Shown in pieces: positions 62,495 through 64,000 of a stretch of DNA of 64,000 bases. The DNA comes from Vicugna vicugna (lineage: Eukaryota): positions 4,960,739 through 5,024,738 of the forward strand of contig MU063496.1 in the NCBI GenBank assembly GCA_013265495.1, written 5' to 3'. A model generated the notes under the pieces. The model did no database searches. It was given only the letters and a program-made list of their open reading frames with translations, and was not told the origin of the DNA. The stretch's first letter is position 1. Each line of letters opens with the position of its first letter. A program made the position numbers and the translations under genes.

Positions 62495-62566
62495 CACGTG
62501 TGCACACAAATACTGAAGGTATTCTGAAGACTTTTAATTTTCTAAGTGTTGACTCCTGTTTATTCA

Positions 62567-62698
62567 NNNNNNNNNNNNNNNNNNNNNNNNNNNNNNNNNN
62601 NNNNNNNNNNNNNNNNNNNNNNNNNNNNNNNNNNNNNNNNNNNNNNNNNNNNNNNNNNNNNNNNNNNNNNNNNNNNNNNNNNNNNNNNNNNNNNNNNN
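62567..62698. other. N-block 8 (132 bp)
   Basis: Run of N counted from the sequence. Confidence 0.97.
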
Positions 62699-62846
62699 AC
62701 TGATCAAGCTCTGGCTCCCGGGAGCAGAGGGCTTTTTTTTTTTTTTTGTTATGTCTAAATCCTCAATACAAATTGCAGTATTTCTGGACTCCCAGCGGGA
62801 CCCATTAGAGCCTGTGGGGCATTAACGATCATTAATAGTGCTGTCA

Positions 62847-62912
62847 GTGAGAGAGAGGGGGTCGGGAAGGGAAGGAGAGAAAGAGGGGAGGAAAGAGGGA
62901 GGGGGAGGGGGT
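62847..62912 (+). repeat. Polypurine / G-tract low-complexity run (G4 or H-DNA potential)
   Basis: gagagagagggggtcgggaagggaaggagagaaagaggggaggaaagagggagggggagggggt. Confidence 0.7.
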
Positions 62913-64000
62913 GCAGAAACATTGCCGGGGAGTTGTGTAGCATTTTGAGAAATGGAAAATTAATACGGCTGCTTTGTTCATGGTGCCCAGCGTTTGATGT
63001 GCCTTAGCAGGCGTCCTTAATTATGTAGGTTAGTACCAGCCGGGTATTTACTTCATGTATTGAAACCCTTCAGTTTCAGAATGCCTCAAATCCTTCTTCC
63101 CCCTTCCTCATCCTTTCCCCTTCCTCCCTCATGTCTTCCTCTTTCCAAAAGTCAGCCTTAAATCTCCAGCTCCAAAAATGAAACAGGAGGGGACGGAGAA
63201 AATGTGTCGGGAGAGTGAGTCCCTTCAAAACAGCACACGTGTGCACGCGCACACACACAGGTTACAGCCGTAATTTACTACCTTGCCTGTGATATCCCGT
63301 TAACTGTGATTCCTTCTTAAGTATTTAACTGTATTGTACTCAGGTAGAAATGTTTTAATCACTTACTAACTAGCTTACTTACCAGCACTGTGAAGAACGG
63401 ATTAGGTATTCATTAGGATAACATGCTAATATTCCTGTTTTAAGGCTGCTACAATTTTAAGCAGGAGGACCTTGCCCTGGGGTCTTGTTCAGAACTGAAG
63501 CCTTTGTCAAAAATCTTCCTTCTCCTGGAACCCCATGTCTGTGGCAGGCTGTCCCACCTTTGCCTCCTTATGGTTGTATGTTTTTCTCCTGTTATTTCAT
63601 TTTCCCTTTGAATCTGAGATTCTTGAAATCTAATCTTCTACGTCCATCATATTCCCAAACCACAGAAAGGAATTCTTCCAAAGTAAGAATTAATAAGTAT
63701 ATGTTACAAGTTCCTTCCTTCACTCCAGCACCGCCTGCCCATGAAGTACCAGACACGGTGCTGGACACAGGGAGTACAGAGGAGAGAAGAAAAGCCAGGG
63801 TGTCACTCCTGCCCTGGGGGGGGGGGCTCCTGCTGCGGCGGGAGGGAAAGCCTTCACTCAGGAACCCTACCAAGTCTTGTGGAGTCGCCAGCATGATGCA
63901 CAGGAGAGGCCTAGGGACTGTGAGAAACTGGAAGGCATTCTGACGCAGGGAGGAGGCTGGGGCAGTTTTCCCACAGAAGCTACAGTTGTGTGGGATGAAG

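Larger units (their letters stand above)
1..64000 (+). other. Camelid-like non-coding region, probably inside a long intron of a plus-strand gene (gene not identifiable)
   Basis: No ORF with recognisable host-protein similarity and no chain of coding exons. Repeat content is mammalian. A Vic-1-type SINE points to Camelidae. Strand is inferred only from the antisense bias of LTR/L1 elements and the excess of T-runs. Confidence 0.55.

Noticed and set aside
133-62698. Idea that the N-blocks are masked exons of one gene
   Set aside because: Flanks do not give consistent AG/GT (or CT/AC) boundaries on either strand. Only block 1 has an acceptor-like edge (minus-strand cccctttccag) and no matching donor.
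36-62758. Long ORFs in the supplied track that span N-blocks (e.g. 8178-8939, 44560-45345, 54423-54932)
   Set aside because: Their length comes from N translated as X; the flanking peptides show no recognisable protein features.
1-64000. Assigning a host gene name, or any prokaryotic-type system (CRISPR, operon, prophage)
   Set aside because: No coding exon is available to anchor a gene identity. There are no regularly spaced repeats or dense ORFs, and the repeat landscape is clearly mammalian.

Overview
Mammalian non-coding DNA, most likely camelid (camel/alpaca). The evidence is a tRNA-Ala-derived Vic-1-type SINE with a perfect 8-bp target-site duplication, laurasiatherian-type L1 3' ends, and no Alu, B1/B2, Bov-A, PRE1 or CanSINE elements seen. 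I found no host protein-coding exon. The only ORFs with recognisable homology are decayed LINE-1 ORF2 C-termini. The window is dense in ancient MIR and L2 relics and also carries L1 fragments, three LTRs and MER5 fossils. Between them lie unique, motif-dense stretches that look like enhancers. LTRs and most L1s are on the minus strand and T-runs outnumber A-runs on the plus strand, which suggests a long intron of a plus-strand gene that I could not identify. The notable items are an exact 218-bp tandem duplication at a G-quadruplex-like junction, eight 132-388 bp N-blocks with unusually regular lengths, a PBX/HOX/MEIS-type motif cluster, a SMAD-element cluster, a candidate internal first exon, a candidate 57-nt cassette exon and a tiny 5'-inverted L1 insertion. 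I found no convincing new multi-gene system. Repeat family names come from recalled consensus sequences, boundaries of ancient repeats are approximate, and regulatory calls are motif-level hypotheses.
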